Shown here: positions 27,897-40,206 of the stretch, piece by piece
How the letters are laid out: the number at the start of each line of letters is the position of its first letter
How positions within the stretch are numbered: position 1 is the first letter of the stretch
DNA from: Pseudomonadota bacterium
GTDB lineage: Bacteria; Myxococcota_A; Polyangia; Polyangiales; JAFGIB01
DNA length: 64,000 nucleotides
Reading direction: 5' to 3'
NCBI GenBank assembly: GCA_017881185.1
Contig: JADGRE010000002.1
Location: forward strand, 9,158-73,157
The notes under the pieces: generated by a model
Seen by the model: the letters and a program-made list of their open reading frames with translations, nothing else
The model's database searches: none
Told to the model about the DNA's origin: nothing
Position numbers and translations under genes: made by a program

Positions 27897-29677
27897 TGTC
27901 AGCGTTGACCGCAGGCGACCTGATCGCGGGGCGCTATCGTCTGGAGTCGTTGATCGGCGAAGGCGGCATGGCCAGCGTGTGGCGCGCCGAAGACCTGACC
28001 TTGCGGCGCCCGGTGGCGATCAAGCTCCTGTACCTGCGCGGTCATCGTGACCCGACCGTGATCGTCGATCAGTTCTTGCGCGAAGCACGCATCGCGGCGT
28101 CGGTGCAGCACCGCAACGTGATCCACACGGTGGACTTCGGCGTGGTCGACGACATGCCGTACATGGTGATGGAGTTGCTGTCGGGTGAGAGCCTGCACGA
28201 TCGCATGCAGCGCGAGCCGCGGCTGCGCATGGAAGAGGTCGTGCACTTCGCCAGTCTCACGCTGCGCGGGCTGGCGGCCGTTCATGAAGCGGGCATCGTG
28301 CACCGCGATCTCAAGCCGCAGAACATCTTCCTGCACCGTGACACCGACACCGTGTATCCGAAGATCCTGGACTTCGGCATCTCGCGCAGTCTCGATGGCG
28401 ACCACGAGCGTCCGTCGGCGATCTCGACGCAAGACGGCATGATCGTCGGCACGCCCGACTACATGTCGCCCGAGCAAGCGCGCGGCGAGAAGCACATCGA
28501 CAAGCGCGCCGACATCTACAGCATGGGCGCGATCATCTACGAGGGCATCACCGGTCGCTTGCCGTACGAGGCCAACACCGTGGGCGAGCTGATCGTGAAG
28601 ATCGTGACCACCATCCCGCCGAAGATGATCCAGCTTCGGGCCGACGTGCCCGAGCTGCTCTCGGACTGTGTGGCGCAGGCGATGGCGCACGATCGCGAAG
28701 AGCGCTTCGTCGACGCACAGGTGTTTCGACGCGCGCTGATCTCCGCGGCGGAGAAGGCCTTCGTGGCAGCATCTGGGCCCGCGGGCTCGGAGCGGCCAGC
28801 GCGACAGGCCGTCGCGGCGCCCATGCCTGCGCCCGTGCCCGCCACCGCGGTGCCGTTGCCCTTGCCACCGCCGCCATCAGCGGCGGCGGTGGCACCCGCT
28901 CCGCTGCCCGCTGCGGCCGCTCAAAACGGCTGGGGCGACTTCGAGGGTCTGGCGCAGCAGGCCAGCCGCGAATCGCCGCCGCTGCTGCGCGATCTCCACA
29001 ATCCCAATCCCGCGCTTGCACCCGCGCCTGTGTCTTCCGGGCGCGAGCCCAGCTCGGCGCGCATACCGCTCGGGCCCCGCCCAGCGGAGCCGATCGCTCC
29101 GCTCGCGCTGCCCGCGAATCCCGTGCGCAGCAGCCACGGACACAAGGAGCCGGGCCGACCGAGTGGGGCGCGATCAGCGCCAAGAATCGGACACTCGGCG
29201 CCAGACGACTCGGCGCTCCTGGGCAATTCTCTCGACGGGCTCGGCGGCGGCTTCAGCGCGGACGCGCTCGATCTCGACTACGGCCAAGGTCCCGGTGCCG
29301 CGGCGGCACGATCGCGTGCAGCGCAGAAATCGCCCGGCGCCAAGTCGCCCGTGCAGGCGAAGATCACTGCGGCCAATGCGCGGCCGGCAGCTCGCAAAGC
29401 AGGCCCTGCAGTGGCGCCGGCGGGTGTGGTCGTACGCCGGCCGGCCACTCGTCAACGGCCAAGCGTGTGGTGGCTCGTGCCTGTGGCGCTGGTGATCGGC
29501 CTGCTTGCGCTGCTGCTTTCGCCGGGTTTGTTCTCGGCGCCGGCCCCCGACAGCGCCGCCGCTGCTGCGCTCGAGGCTCGCAACCCTGCCACGGCGGGCT
29601 CCGATCGCCGCATGCAGTACAGCCGTCGGCGCAACGTGGGCGCGCGTCCGGTCGCGTTGCGCGATGTGGGCTTCTGA
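27896..29677 (+). CDS. Hanks-type Ser/Thr protein kinase with long Pro/Ala-rich region and C-terminal TM
   Basis: Motifs GEGGMASVW, VAIKLL, HRDLKPQNIFL, DFGISR, GTPDYMSPEQ. The ATG overlaps the FHA-GGDEF stop by 1 nt (TGATG). Confidence 0.85.
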   Translation: MSALTAGDLIAGRYRLESLIGEGGMASVWRAEDLTLRRPVAIKLLYLRGHRDPTVIVDQFLREARIAASVQHRNVIHTVDFGVVDDMPYMVMELLSGESLHDRMQREPRLRMEEVVHFASLTLRGLAAVHEAGIVHRDLKPQNIFLHRDTDTVYPKILDFGISRSLDGDHERPSAISTQDGMIVGTPDYMSPEQARGEKHIDKRADIYSMGAIIYEGITGRLPYEANTVGELIVKIVTTIPPKMIQLRADVPELLSDCVAQAMAHDREERFVDAQVFRRALISAAEKAFVAASGPAGSERPARQAVAAPMPAPVPATAVPLPLPPPPSAAAVAPAPLPAAAAQNGWGDFEGLAQQASRESPPLLRDLHNPNPALAPAPVSSGREPSSARIPLGPRPAEPIAPLALPANPVRSSHGHKEPGRPSGARSAPRIGHSAPDDSALLGNSLDGLGGGFSADALDLDYGQGPGAAAARSRAAQKSPGAKSPVQAKITAANARPAARKAGPAVAPAGVVVRRPATRQRPSVWWLVPVALVIGLLALLLSPGLFSAPAPDSAAAAALEARNPATAGSDRRMQYSRRRNVGARPVALRDVGF

Positions 29678-29769
29678 GCAACGACACGCTCGCCATCCAC
29701 CTTTTCGCGGGCGGCCCGTGCGGTTAGAGTGCCGCGCAACTTCCGCCCCCGCAGAGCACCAGGAGCACC

Positions 29770-32666
<2,897 letters not shown>

Positions 32667-32670
<4 letters not shown>

Positions 32671-33227
32671 CGCAAGGCGCAGCTGCGCCGGCGGTGGTCA
32701 CGACGCGCTTGGTGATCGCTTCGCGCTGGGATGGCGTGCCGCTGTTGGCGGCCGAGCATGCAATGGTCGAGCTGACGTTGATTGCAGGACAGTGCTGCGT
32801 GATCAGCGTGGATGCTCCCGACTACGGGGACCAGCCGCCGCCGAGCCCCGTGGGGCCGACAGACCGGCTGTGGGAGTACGCGGTCGTCGAGGTCTTCATC
32901 GCGGACGCCGGTGAGCACTACCTGGAGCTCGAGCTTGGGCCGCACGGCCATCACCTGGTGCTCGAGCTGCAAGGCGTGCGGCGCATCGTACGCAGCAAGC
33001 TCGCCATCGAATACCACGCCGAGCGGGATGCAGCGGCAGGGCGCTTTCGCAGCCGCGCGGTGGTGCCGTGGGCGCTGCTGCCTGCGCAGGCGTGTCGGGT
33101 GAACGCGTATGCGATCCACGGCGCGCCCGGCGCGCGCTGCTACGATGCGCATGCTCCCGCGCCGGCTGGGGCGAGCGCACCGGACTTCCATCGGCTCGAG
33201 ACCTTCGTGCCGTTGCCCATGCCGTGA
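32667..33227 (+). CDS. Hypothetical protein (possibly CBM9/DOMON-like beta-sandwich)
   Basis: High-GC3 frame continuing after gcvP. The candidate GTG start overlaps the gcvP stop (GTGA). [27 protein letters not shown] resembles that fold family. Start is uncertain. Confidence 0.45.
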
Positions 33228-33279
33228 GCCGAGAGCGCAGCGTTGCCGATCAGCGGTCCGCGGATCGGACAAAGCTCGT

Positions 33280-34422
33280 TCACGCGATGGCTCGCACGCT
33301 GCGCAGCTGCGCGATTTCCTCGGCACAAAAGCCATGGCTGCGCAGCACGGCGTCGGTGTCGGTTCCCGGCTGGCAGGGCGGCTCGGGTAGCTCGGGCTGG
33401 CTGCGGCTGAAACGCGGCGCGGGTGCAGGTTGGGTCACTCCGGCAATCTCCACGAAGCTCTGGCGCGCACGCATGTGAGGATGCTGCGTCGCGGCGTGCA
33501 GTCCGAGCACGGGGGCGACACAGGCGTCGCTGCCGTCGAAGATCTCGCACCACTGCGCCTGCGTCTTGGTCTTGAAGAGCGCGGCGAACCGGTCCTTCAT
33601 GGCCGGCCAACTGTTGCGGTCCAGCTGACGCGGTAGAGTCGTGGCATCGAGGCCTAGCCGCTGCACTAGCTCCGCGTAGAACTGCGGCTCGATGGCACCG
33701 ACGGCCATGTGCTTCTGGTCGACCGTCTCGTAGGTTTCGTAGAAGTGCGCGCCGCTGTCGAGCATGTTCACCCCGCGCTCGTCGCGGTGCATTCCCATGG
33801 CCTGCATGCTGTAGAACATGGTCATGAGCGATGCGGCGCCGTCGACCATCGCTGCGTCTACCACCTGTCCGTGGCCCGAGCGTTGGGCCTCGTAGATCGC
33901 GCACAGCACGCCGAACGCCAGGTACAGCGCGCCGCCGCCGAAGTCGCCGACCAGGTTGAGCGGTGGTACGGGCTTGTCTCCTGCGCGACCGATGCCGTGC
34001 AGCGCGCCGGCGATGGCGATGTAGTCGATGTCGTGGCCAGCGGTGTCGGCGAGCGGGCCCGTCTGCCCCCAGCCTGTCATGCGCCCGAACACCAGCCGCG
34101 GGTTGCGCGACATGCACAGCTCGGGTCCGAGGCCGAGGCGCTCCATGACGCCGGGGCGAAAGCCTTCGATCAGCGCGTCGCTCTGCTCGATGAGCCGCAG
34201 CACGCACGCGACGCCGTCAGGATGCTTGAGGTCCACGGCGAGGTTGGGTCGGCCGCGGGCGAGCAGATCGAGCGAAGGTCTTGCCGCGGCGTCGCTGCGC
34301 ACGCGATCGGTGCGATCGATACGGATCACGCTCGCGCCCATGTCGGCGAGCAACATGGCGGCGAACGGTCCGGGGCCAAGGCCCACCAGCTCGACGACCT
34401 TCAATCCACGCAGCGGTCCCAT
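33280..34422 (-). CDS. Family III CoA-transferase (alpha-methylacyl-CoA racemase / CaiB-BaiF type)
   Basis: [37 protein letters not shown] closely matches the racemase N-terminus. The track ORF upstream of 34422 is shadow. Confidence 0.85.
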   Translation of the reverse strand: MGPLRGLKVVELVGLGPGPFAAMLLADMGASVIRIDRTDRVRSDAAARPSLDLLARGRPNLAVDLKHPDGVACVLRLIEQSDALIEGFRPGVMERLGLGPELCMSRNPRLVFGRMTGWGQTGPLADTAGHDIDYIAIAGALHGIGRAGDKPVPPLNLVGDFGGGALYLAFGVLCAIYEAQRSGHGQVVDAAMVDGAASLMTMFYSMQAMGMHRDERGVNMLDSGAHFYETYETVDQKHMAVGAIEPQFYAELVQRLGLDATTLPRQLDRNSWPAMKDRFAALFKTKTQAQWCEIFDGSDACVAPVLGLHAATQHPHMRARQSFVEIAGVTQPAPAPRFSRSQPELPEPPCQPGTDTDAVLRSHGFCAEEIAQLRSVRAIA

Positions 34423-34454
34423 GGCAGCCGCCAAGTCTACACCGGACGCTGCGC

Positions 34455-35408
34455 TCAGGACATCTCGAGCAGCACCTTGAGCACGCCGGGCTCTTGCGCC
34501 TTGGCAAATGCGCTCACGGCATCGCGCAAGGCAAACACGGCGTCGATCAGCGGCGCGGGCGAGATGCTCTGCTGTCCGAGCGCGGCGATGGCGGGCGGCA
34601 TGGGCCCGCAGCGTGAGCCGACCACGGTGAGCTCGTCGATCACGAGCGGCGCGGCGTCGAGCGACAACTTTCCGTGGTAGGTGCTCTTGAGCACGAGCGT
34701 GCCGCGTGGTCGCAAGAGCTGCATGGCCAGCTCCATGCCCGATGACGAACCGGTGGCCTCGATGACGGTATCGAAGGTATGTGCGGTGAGATCCGCCGCG
34801 CTGGCGCTGCGAATGCCTGCGGCGTGAGCAAGCTCGAGCTTGCGAGCGTGCTTTCCTACCAGCACCGGGGCTGCACCCGTTTGTTGCAGCACGCGCGCCG
34901 CCAGCTGACCGAGCTTGCCATCGCCGAGCACGGCAATCCGGTCGGTCGGTTGCACGGCGACCTGTTCGAGGATCTCGTAGCAGGCGGCGAGCGGCTCGAC
35001 GAAACACGCGGTGCGGTCGTCGATGCTGTCCGGCAAGCGATGCAAGTTGCGCACTGGCAGGCTGACGTACTGCGCGAAGCAGCCGTCCTTGCCGAGGATG
35101 CCGAGCACGCTGCGCGCGCGGCAGTGGCGCCCGAGACCGCGCTCGCACATGTCGCAGTGCTGGCAGCTCAGGTTGATCTCGCCTGCTACGCGCGCGCCGA
35201 GCCAGCTTGAATCGTCGGCGTCTTCGACCTCGCCCACCAGCTCGTGGCCAAGCACGCCGCGGAAGCCCATGTAGCCGCGTGCGATTTCGAGATCGGTGTT
35301 GCAGATGCCCGCCATGCGCACTCGCACCAGCGCTTCGCCCGGCCCTCGCACGGGCACGGGGAGCTCGCGCACTTGCAGCAGGGTTCCGTCGAAGCACAGG
35401 GCTTGCAT
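34455..35408 (-). CDS. Zinc-dependent alcohol dehydrogenase (MDR) family protein
   Basis: Motifs [17 protein letters not shown], and structural-zinc cysteines [15 protein letters not shown]. Confidence 0.8.
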   Translation of the reverse strand: MQALCFDGTLLQVRELPVPVRGPGEALVRVRMAGICNTDLEIARGYMGFRGVLGHELVGEVEDADDSSWLGARVAGEINLSCQHCDMCERGLGRHCRARSVLGILGKDGCFAQYVSLPVRNLHRLPDSIDDRTACFVEPLAACYEILEQVAVQPTDRIAVLGDGKLGQLAARVLQQTGAAPVLVGKHARKLELAHAAGIRSASAADLTAHTFDTVIEATGSSSGMELAMQLLRPRGTLVLKSTYHGKLSLDAAPLVIDELTVVGSRCGPMPPAIAALGQQSISPAPLIDAVFALRDAVSAFAKAQEPGVLKVLLEMS

Positions 35409-35429
35409 GGGATTGCAGCTTACGACTGA

Positions 35430-36656
35430 CTACAACGGCAGATCGCCGGTGGCGCGGCGCACCGAGCCGCTCTCGCTGTAGGCCTGCATCAGCATCTGGG
35501 CGATACGCATCTGGTGGATCTCGTCGGCGCCGTCTGCGAAGCGTGCCCAGCGGGCCTGTGCGAGCATCTTCGCCAGCGGTGTGTCGTTCGAGTAACCGAG
35601 CGCGCCGTGGACTTGCACTGCGCGATCGATCACGCGCCACAAGGTGTTGGCCACGTGATGCTTGCAATACGAGACCTCGGTCTTGTACGGCAGCTTGTTT
35701 TCGATCTTGTACGCGGCGTGCAGCACCATCAGCTTGGCGGCGTACAGCTCCATGCCGCTGTCGGCGATGAGCCACTGAATGCCTTGTTTCTCCGACAGGA
35801 GCGAGCCGTGTGAGAAGCGCTTTTGTGCGCGGTCGATCATCATTTCGAGTGCGAGCTCGATCTGTCCGAGCCAGCGCATGCAGTGCGCCAGGCGTGCGGG
35901 CCCCAGCCGCGCTTGCCCCAGCTCGTGACCGCCACCGATGCGCCCCAGCACTGCATTGTTCGGCAGACGCAGGTTCTCGATGCGGATCTCGCAGTGGTTG
36001 TGTCCGCCCGACATCGTCTCGATGTCGCGCACCACCGTCCAGCCAGGCAGGTTCGTGTCCACGATGAACGCGGTGTTGCGCTCCTGCGGCACGTCGGCGT
36101 CGGGGTTGGTGCGGGCGATCAAGATGGCGAACTGCGCGCCGTGTGCACCGGTGATGAACCACTTGTGACCGTTGACCACCCAGTCATTGCCGTCGCGCAC
36201 CGCGAGTGTCTGAATCAGGGTGGGGTCGGAGCCCGCAACTTCGGGCTCGGTCATGGCGAAGCAGGAGCGCTGGATACCCTGGCACAGCGGCTTCAGATAC
36301 TTGGCCTTCTGCTCGGCCGTACCGAAGTGCAAGAGCGTGTGCATGTTGCCTTCGTCGGGCGCCTGGCAATTCAAGATGAAAGCGCCGAGTCGTGTGCGCG
36401 CGGCTTCCGACGACACTGCGGCGACGGCAGTAGGCCCCAGGCCCATGCCGCCCCATTCCTCGGGCATGTGCGGCATCCACAAGCCCGCCTCGTGCGCCTT
36501 CTTGCGCAGCGCGATGATGGTCTCGACGAGCTTGCGACGGTTGTGCTCCGCCCACAGGTCCTCGGTTTCCGCCGGCTTCACTTCAGCTTCCATGAAGGCA
36601 CGCACGCGCTTGCGGACGTCTTCGACCTCGGGCGGGAAGCAGAAATCGATGGCCAT
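35430..36656 (-). CDS. Acyl-CoA dehydrogenase family protein
   Basis: 408 aa from [33 protein letters not shown] and a C-terminal ...[10 protein letters not shown]... layout typical of ACADs. Confidence 0.8.
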   Translation of the reverse strand: MAIDFCFPPEVEDVRKRVRAFMEAEVKPAETEDLWAEHNRRKLVETIIALRKKAHEAGLWMPHMPEEWGGMGLGPTAVAAVSSEAARTRLGAFILNCQAPDEGNMHTLLHFGTAEQKAKYLKPLCQGIQRSCFAMTEPEVAGSDPTLIQTLAVRDGNDWVVNGHKWFITGAHGAQFAILIARTNPDADVPQERNTAFIVDTNLPGWTVVRDIETMSGGHNHCEIRIENLRLPNNAVLGRIGGGHELGQARLGPARLAHCMRWLGQIELALEMMIDRAQKRFSHGSLLSEKQGIQWLIADSGMELYAAKLMVLHAAYKIENKLPYKTEVSYCKHHVANTLWRVIDRAVQVHGALGYSNDTPLAKMLAQARWARFADGADEIHQMRIAQMLMQAYSESGSVRRATGDLPL

Positions 36657-36852
36657 GCAGCGTCTCCTTCGTAGCGGGGCGGAAGGCTCGACGAGTACCA
36701 ACGGGGCAGGGGGGCGTCAATGGTTACGCGGCGGGAGCAAGCGCGTGAGAGCGTGGCCCACGGTGCGCGGGGGCGTTCGCCAGCACCGGTGCGCTGTGCC
36801 TGTCGCCGCAGCTTGACGTCTCGCCGGACATCCGCTTTGATGCCCGGCACAG

Positions 36853-37095
36853 GTGACCGCCTTGCCGAATACTGTCGAACAGCTGATGGCGATGGCCGCG
36901 CGCCGCTTCAAGAAAGACGTCAGCGTCCTGCGCGCCGACGCCGACGTCTTCGAGAGTCTCGGCATCGACAGCATGCGCGTGCTCGAGTTGCTCAGCGAGC
37001 TCGAACAACACTTCGACGTCGAGATCCCCGACTACGAGCTACGCGACGTAAAGACCTTCGCCCAACTCGCCGCCTGCATCGACCGCCGCCTATAG
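36853..37095 (+). CDS. Stand-alone acyl carrier protein
   Basis: 80 aa. The LGIDSMRVLELL motif holds the phosphopantetheine-attachment Ser at about residue 40. GTG start. Divergent from the ACAD operon. Confidence 0.7.
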   Translation: MTALPNTVEQLMAMAARRFKKDVSVLRADADVFESLGIDSMRVLELLSELEQHFDVEIPDYELRDVKTFAQLAACIDRRL

Positions 37096-37234
37096 CACCG
37101 TCGTGCGCCCCAATTTCGTCGACGCGCTTGACTGCGACGCCCCATTAGGGCGAGCCCCACCACGAGAATGCCGAGCCACGTGGCGCTCTCTCCGCCTTCC
37201 GGATTCCAGCTGACAGACCGCGTTTGATGCTGGA

Positions 37235-37361
37235 GCGCGCGGGGAGGGCGGGTCGCTGCTGGGCGAGTTCCGCAGGCCCAGCCGCATTTCATGGCGTGGC
37301 CCACCAGCCCCACCCGCCGAGGACTGTCTGAGCCCGGCAGCGACCCGCCCTCCCCGCGCGC
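37235..37361. repeat. Perfect 25-nt inverted repeat (arms 37235-37259 and 37337-37361) separated by 77 nt, between convergent genes
   Basis: gcgcgcggggagggcgggtcgctgc and its exact reverse complement gcagcgacccgccctccccgcgcgc. Pairing extends inward by 4 more bp after one mismatch. Confidence 0.8.
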
Positions 37362-37399
37362 CCCTCAGGTCACGCTCTGCTCTCTTCTCGTCTTCTCGC

Positions 37400-38083
37400 C
37401 TACCGAGCCGGCAACCCACGAGCGCCCCGGTGGATCCAGTCGAGCACCAGCTTGCCGCAGCGCTCCGCCGCCTTGCGTTGATGCTTGGCCCACTGCGCTC
37501 GGCCGCTGCTGCCGACCGTGTTGGTCACCGCCAACACTGCAGCAAAGGGCAAGGGCACCGCTGCGCACGCGACCGCGACGGAGAACGCTTCGAGATTCTC
37601 GGTCTGGCATTCGCTCTTGCGACCGAGGCGACCGGCCAGCACGTCGTCGATGGTGATCGCCAGTGTCGTCGCCAGGTTGCCGCGATGTACTTCGTGCTCA
37701 CAGCTCGCCAGGCCGTGCGCGAGCGTGGCGTCGGGGACTGACACGGTCTGCATCGGCGCAGCAAACGCAGCCTTGCCGCCGAGCACGGTGGCGTCGACCA
37801 GGCTGATGCGTTCGGGCACGACCAGATCGAGCGGAGCATGCGCGGCTTGCTTGGGGTACACGCCGCAGGAGCCGACCAGCAGCACGGCGCGTGGCTTGGC
37901 GTCGCGGACGTGGCGCACCGTGCCTGCGCCGGCGACAGGCATGCCCACGCCCACCGTGGCGCAGACCACACGTAGCCCGCGCACCACGCCCGCGAGCGAA
38001 GTGCCCAGCGCCCCGCGAAAGCCCACGAGCTCCGGCGCGTGCGCGGCGAGAATCAAGATGTCGGCGCTTTTGGAGGTCGACAC
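37400..38083 (-). CDS. Nucleoside phosphorylase-fold protein (MTA/SAH nucleosidase / futalosine hydrolase-like)
   Basis: ILILAAHAPEL ... VGVGMPVAGAG ... LVGSCG ... ENLEAFSVA pattern of the PNP_UDP_1 fold. The GTG at 38083 is chosen because the upstream part of the track ORF is shadow-like. Confidence 0.6.
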   Translation of the reverse strand: MSTSKSADILILAAHAPELVGFRGALGTSLAGVVRGLRVVCATVGVGMPVAGAGTVRHVRDAKPRAVLLVGSCGVYPKQAAHAPLDLVVPERISLVDATVLGGKAAFAAPMQTVSVPDATLAHGLASCEHEVHRGNLATTLAITIDDVLAGRLGRKSECQTENLEAFSVAVACAAVPLPFAAVLAVTNTVGSSGRAQWAKHQRKAAERCGKLVLDWIHRGARGLPAR

Positions 38084-38173
38084 GGCGTGGACGATAGCGG
38101 AAGCGTCGGTGCTTCTCCAGCCGGGCGTGTCGCTTCCTGACCGCCGCTGCGATGCGCGTGCTAGCCTCGGCCT

Positions 38174-39232
38174 GTGGAGCATCCGGGCACAGCGCTCGGC
38201 CGCAGCGTCGATCGCGCACGGCTGGTCTACCGCTGGGACCTCGACAAGACCTATCTGCGCACGGAGTTCGACACGCTGCGCGACTTGGTCACGCGCGCGT
38301 TCGAGCGCGCCAAGGACAAGCACACGGTGCCTGGCGCGGCTGCGTTGTTACGCGAGCTGCGCGCGACCGGTCCGCTCGGCTTGTACATACTGTCGGGTAG
38401 CCCCGAGCAGATGCGCCGCGTGCTCGAGGCAAAGCTGCGGCTGGATGGTATCCGCTGGGACAGCCTGACGCTCAAGCCCAGCTTGAAGAACTTGCTGCGC
38501 GGGCGCTTCAGCTTCTTGCGCGATCAAGTGGGCTTCAAGCTCGGGGCGCTGCTCGATTCGCGCGAGACCATGCCTGCGCAGGCCGACGAGATCCTGTTCG
38601 GCGACGACGCCGAGACCGACGCGTTCGTGTACTCGCTCTACGCGGACCTGTGTGCGGGTCGAGCGAGCCTCGAGGTGCTCGCAAGCGTGCTCGAGCAAGC
38701 CGCCGTCACCGACGACGAGGCGCCGCGCTTGCTGCGCCTGGCGGCCGACCTGCCGCGTCGCGATCACTGCTTGCGTGTGTTCATCCATCTCGATCGGGTC
38801 TCGCCGCTCGAACGCTTCGACGACTACGGCGCGCGCGTGTGTCCGTTCTACAACTACTTCCAGCCCGCGGTCGTGCTGGTGCAGATGGGAGCGATCGACG
38901 CCAAGGCCGCGCTGCGCGTGGCCGCCGAGCTCGTCATCGAGCAGGCGTTTTCGCCCGAAGCGTTGCTCGCGAGCTTCGTGCAGCTCGCGCAGCGCGGCTA
39001 CGTCGCGAAGGCCGCCCAGCAGGCGTTGGTGGCGGCGCTGCAGACCCCTGCCGCCAACGAATTCGCCACGGCCACACGCGTGCTGTGTGCATTCGGTGTC
39101 GAGCTCGCCAGGGCCGAGATCCCCGACGCTCCGCGCTTGGACATGCCCGCGGCTATCGACTACGCGTCGCTCTTGCAGCGCGAGCGCACCCGGGCACGCG
39201 CCGCCAAGCTGCGCGCGCTGCGCAGGCTGTGA
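38174..39232 (+). CDS. HAD-superfamily phosphatase-like protein (App1/DUF2183-like)
   Basis: DxDxT motif WDLDKTYL, motif II ILSGSP, motif IV FGDDAETDAFVY. GTG start. Confidence 0.55.
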   Translation: MEHPGTALGRSVDRARLVYRWDLDKTYLRTEFDTLRDLVTRAFERAKDKHTVPGAAALLRELRATGPLGLYILSGSPEQMRRVLEAKLRLDGIRWDSLTLKPSLKNLLRGRFSFLRDQVGFKLGALLDSRETMPAQADEILFGDDAETDAFVYSLYADLCAGRASLEVLASVLEQAAVTDDEAPRLLRLAADLPRRDHCLRVFIHLDRVSPLERFDDYGARVCPFYNYFQPAVVLVQMGAIDAKAALRVAAELVIEQAFSPEALLASFVQLAQRGYVAKAAQQALVAALQTPAANEFATATRVLCAFGVELARAEIPDAPRLDMPAAIDYASLLQRERTRARAAKLRALRRL

Positions 39233-39236
39233 GCCC

Positions 39237-40196
39237 ATGAACGAGCCCACGAAACCACAGCTCCCGGACTCGCAGCGGCCAGACGGGCGCTGCGCCGTGC
39301 ATCCTTCGCTGACCGCCATCGCCACCTGCGCGCGCTGCGGCAATTTCGCTTGTGACAGCTGCATCGGTGAGCAAGCGAACGGCTTGTGTCTCGCCTGCCG
39401 CGCGCGCGCCGGGCAGGGCGGTGCGTTTGCGTACTCACGCGAGCACTGGACACTCGATGGCCTCCTCAGCTTGAGTCTGACGCGCTTCAAGCAACACTGG
39501 CCGCCGCTGGCGCTCTTGTGCGGAGGGGGCGTGATGGTGCTCTACGGCTTGACGGTCGGCGCGGCGCTCTGGATCGGCACGTTTGCCGGGGCGTCGAGAA
39601 GCTCGTCCTCCGACACGATCTGGCGCAGCGTCGCCGTGCAAGTCGTCACGCACGTGCTGCAGCTGTGTTTCGAGCTCAGCAGCTTCGGGCTGTGCCTCGA
39701 TATCCTCGAGGGCCGCCCGGCCAGTGTGTGGGCTGCGCTAGCTCGGGTGCGACGTTTGCCGGCCGCACTCTTGCTGACCTTGATCGTGTACTCGCCGATG
39801 CTCGGCTTCGGCGGCGGCATCGCGCTGCTGTTTTGGACGCTGGGCAAGGCCATGTATTGGCTCGCGGGCCTCGCGTTGTTGCTCGGCATGCCGGTTGCGC
39901 TCTACGTCATGCTGGGCCTGGCGTTCTGCCAGATCAGTCTCGTCGCAGACCCAGCCCTTCGCCCGCTGGGCGCCGTGCGTGCCTCCTGGGCCATCGCCCG
40001 CGGTCAGCGCTGGCACGTGCTGGGTGTGGGCCTGGTTGCCGGCATCCTGTCACTGCTCGGTCTGCTCGCATGCGGCGTGGGCATCGCGGCAACGCTGCCG
40101 CTGAGCTTCTTGCTCTACGCGGCGTTCTACCTCGCGCTCAGGACACCGAGCCCACCCGACGCGGGCGTGCTCGGCAGTGCGCAGTGGCGCGTGTGA
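39237..40196 (+). CDS. Polytopic membrane protein with N-terminal B-box-like zinc ribbon
   Basis: CAVHPSLTAIATCARCGNFACDSCIGEQANGLCLACR (C/H-x-CxxC-x-CxxC-x-CxxC), followed by at least 5 hydrophobic helices. Confidence 0.7.
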   Translation: MNEPTKPQLPDSQRPDGRCAVHPSLTAIATCARCGNFACDSCIGEQANGLCLACRARAGQGGAFAYSREHWTLDGLLSLSLTRFKQHWPPLALLCGGGVMVLYGLTVGAALWIGTFAGASRSSSSDTIWRSVAVQVVTHVLQLCFELSSFGLCLDILEGRPASVWAALARVRRLPAALLLTLIVYSPMLGFGGGIALLFWTLGKAMYWLAGLALLLGMPVALYVMLGLAFCQISLVADPALRPLGAVRASWAIARGQRWHVLGVGLVAGILSLLGLLACGVGIAATLPLSFLLYAAFYLALRTPSPPDAGVLGSAQWRV

Positions 40197-40206
40197 ACAG
40201 ATCGGA

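Noticed and set aside
29678-29769. Possible glycine riboswitch upstream of gcvP.
   Set aside because: Only 92 nt are available. I cannot find the conserved glycine-aptamer cores. There are GC-rich hairpins (gcgggcgg ... ccgcccccgc), which more likely mark the end of the upstream kinase transcript. A covariance-model scan would settle it.
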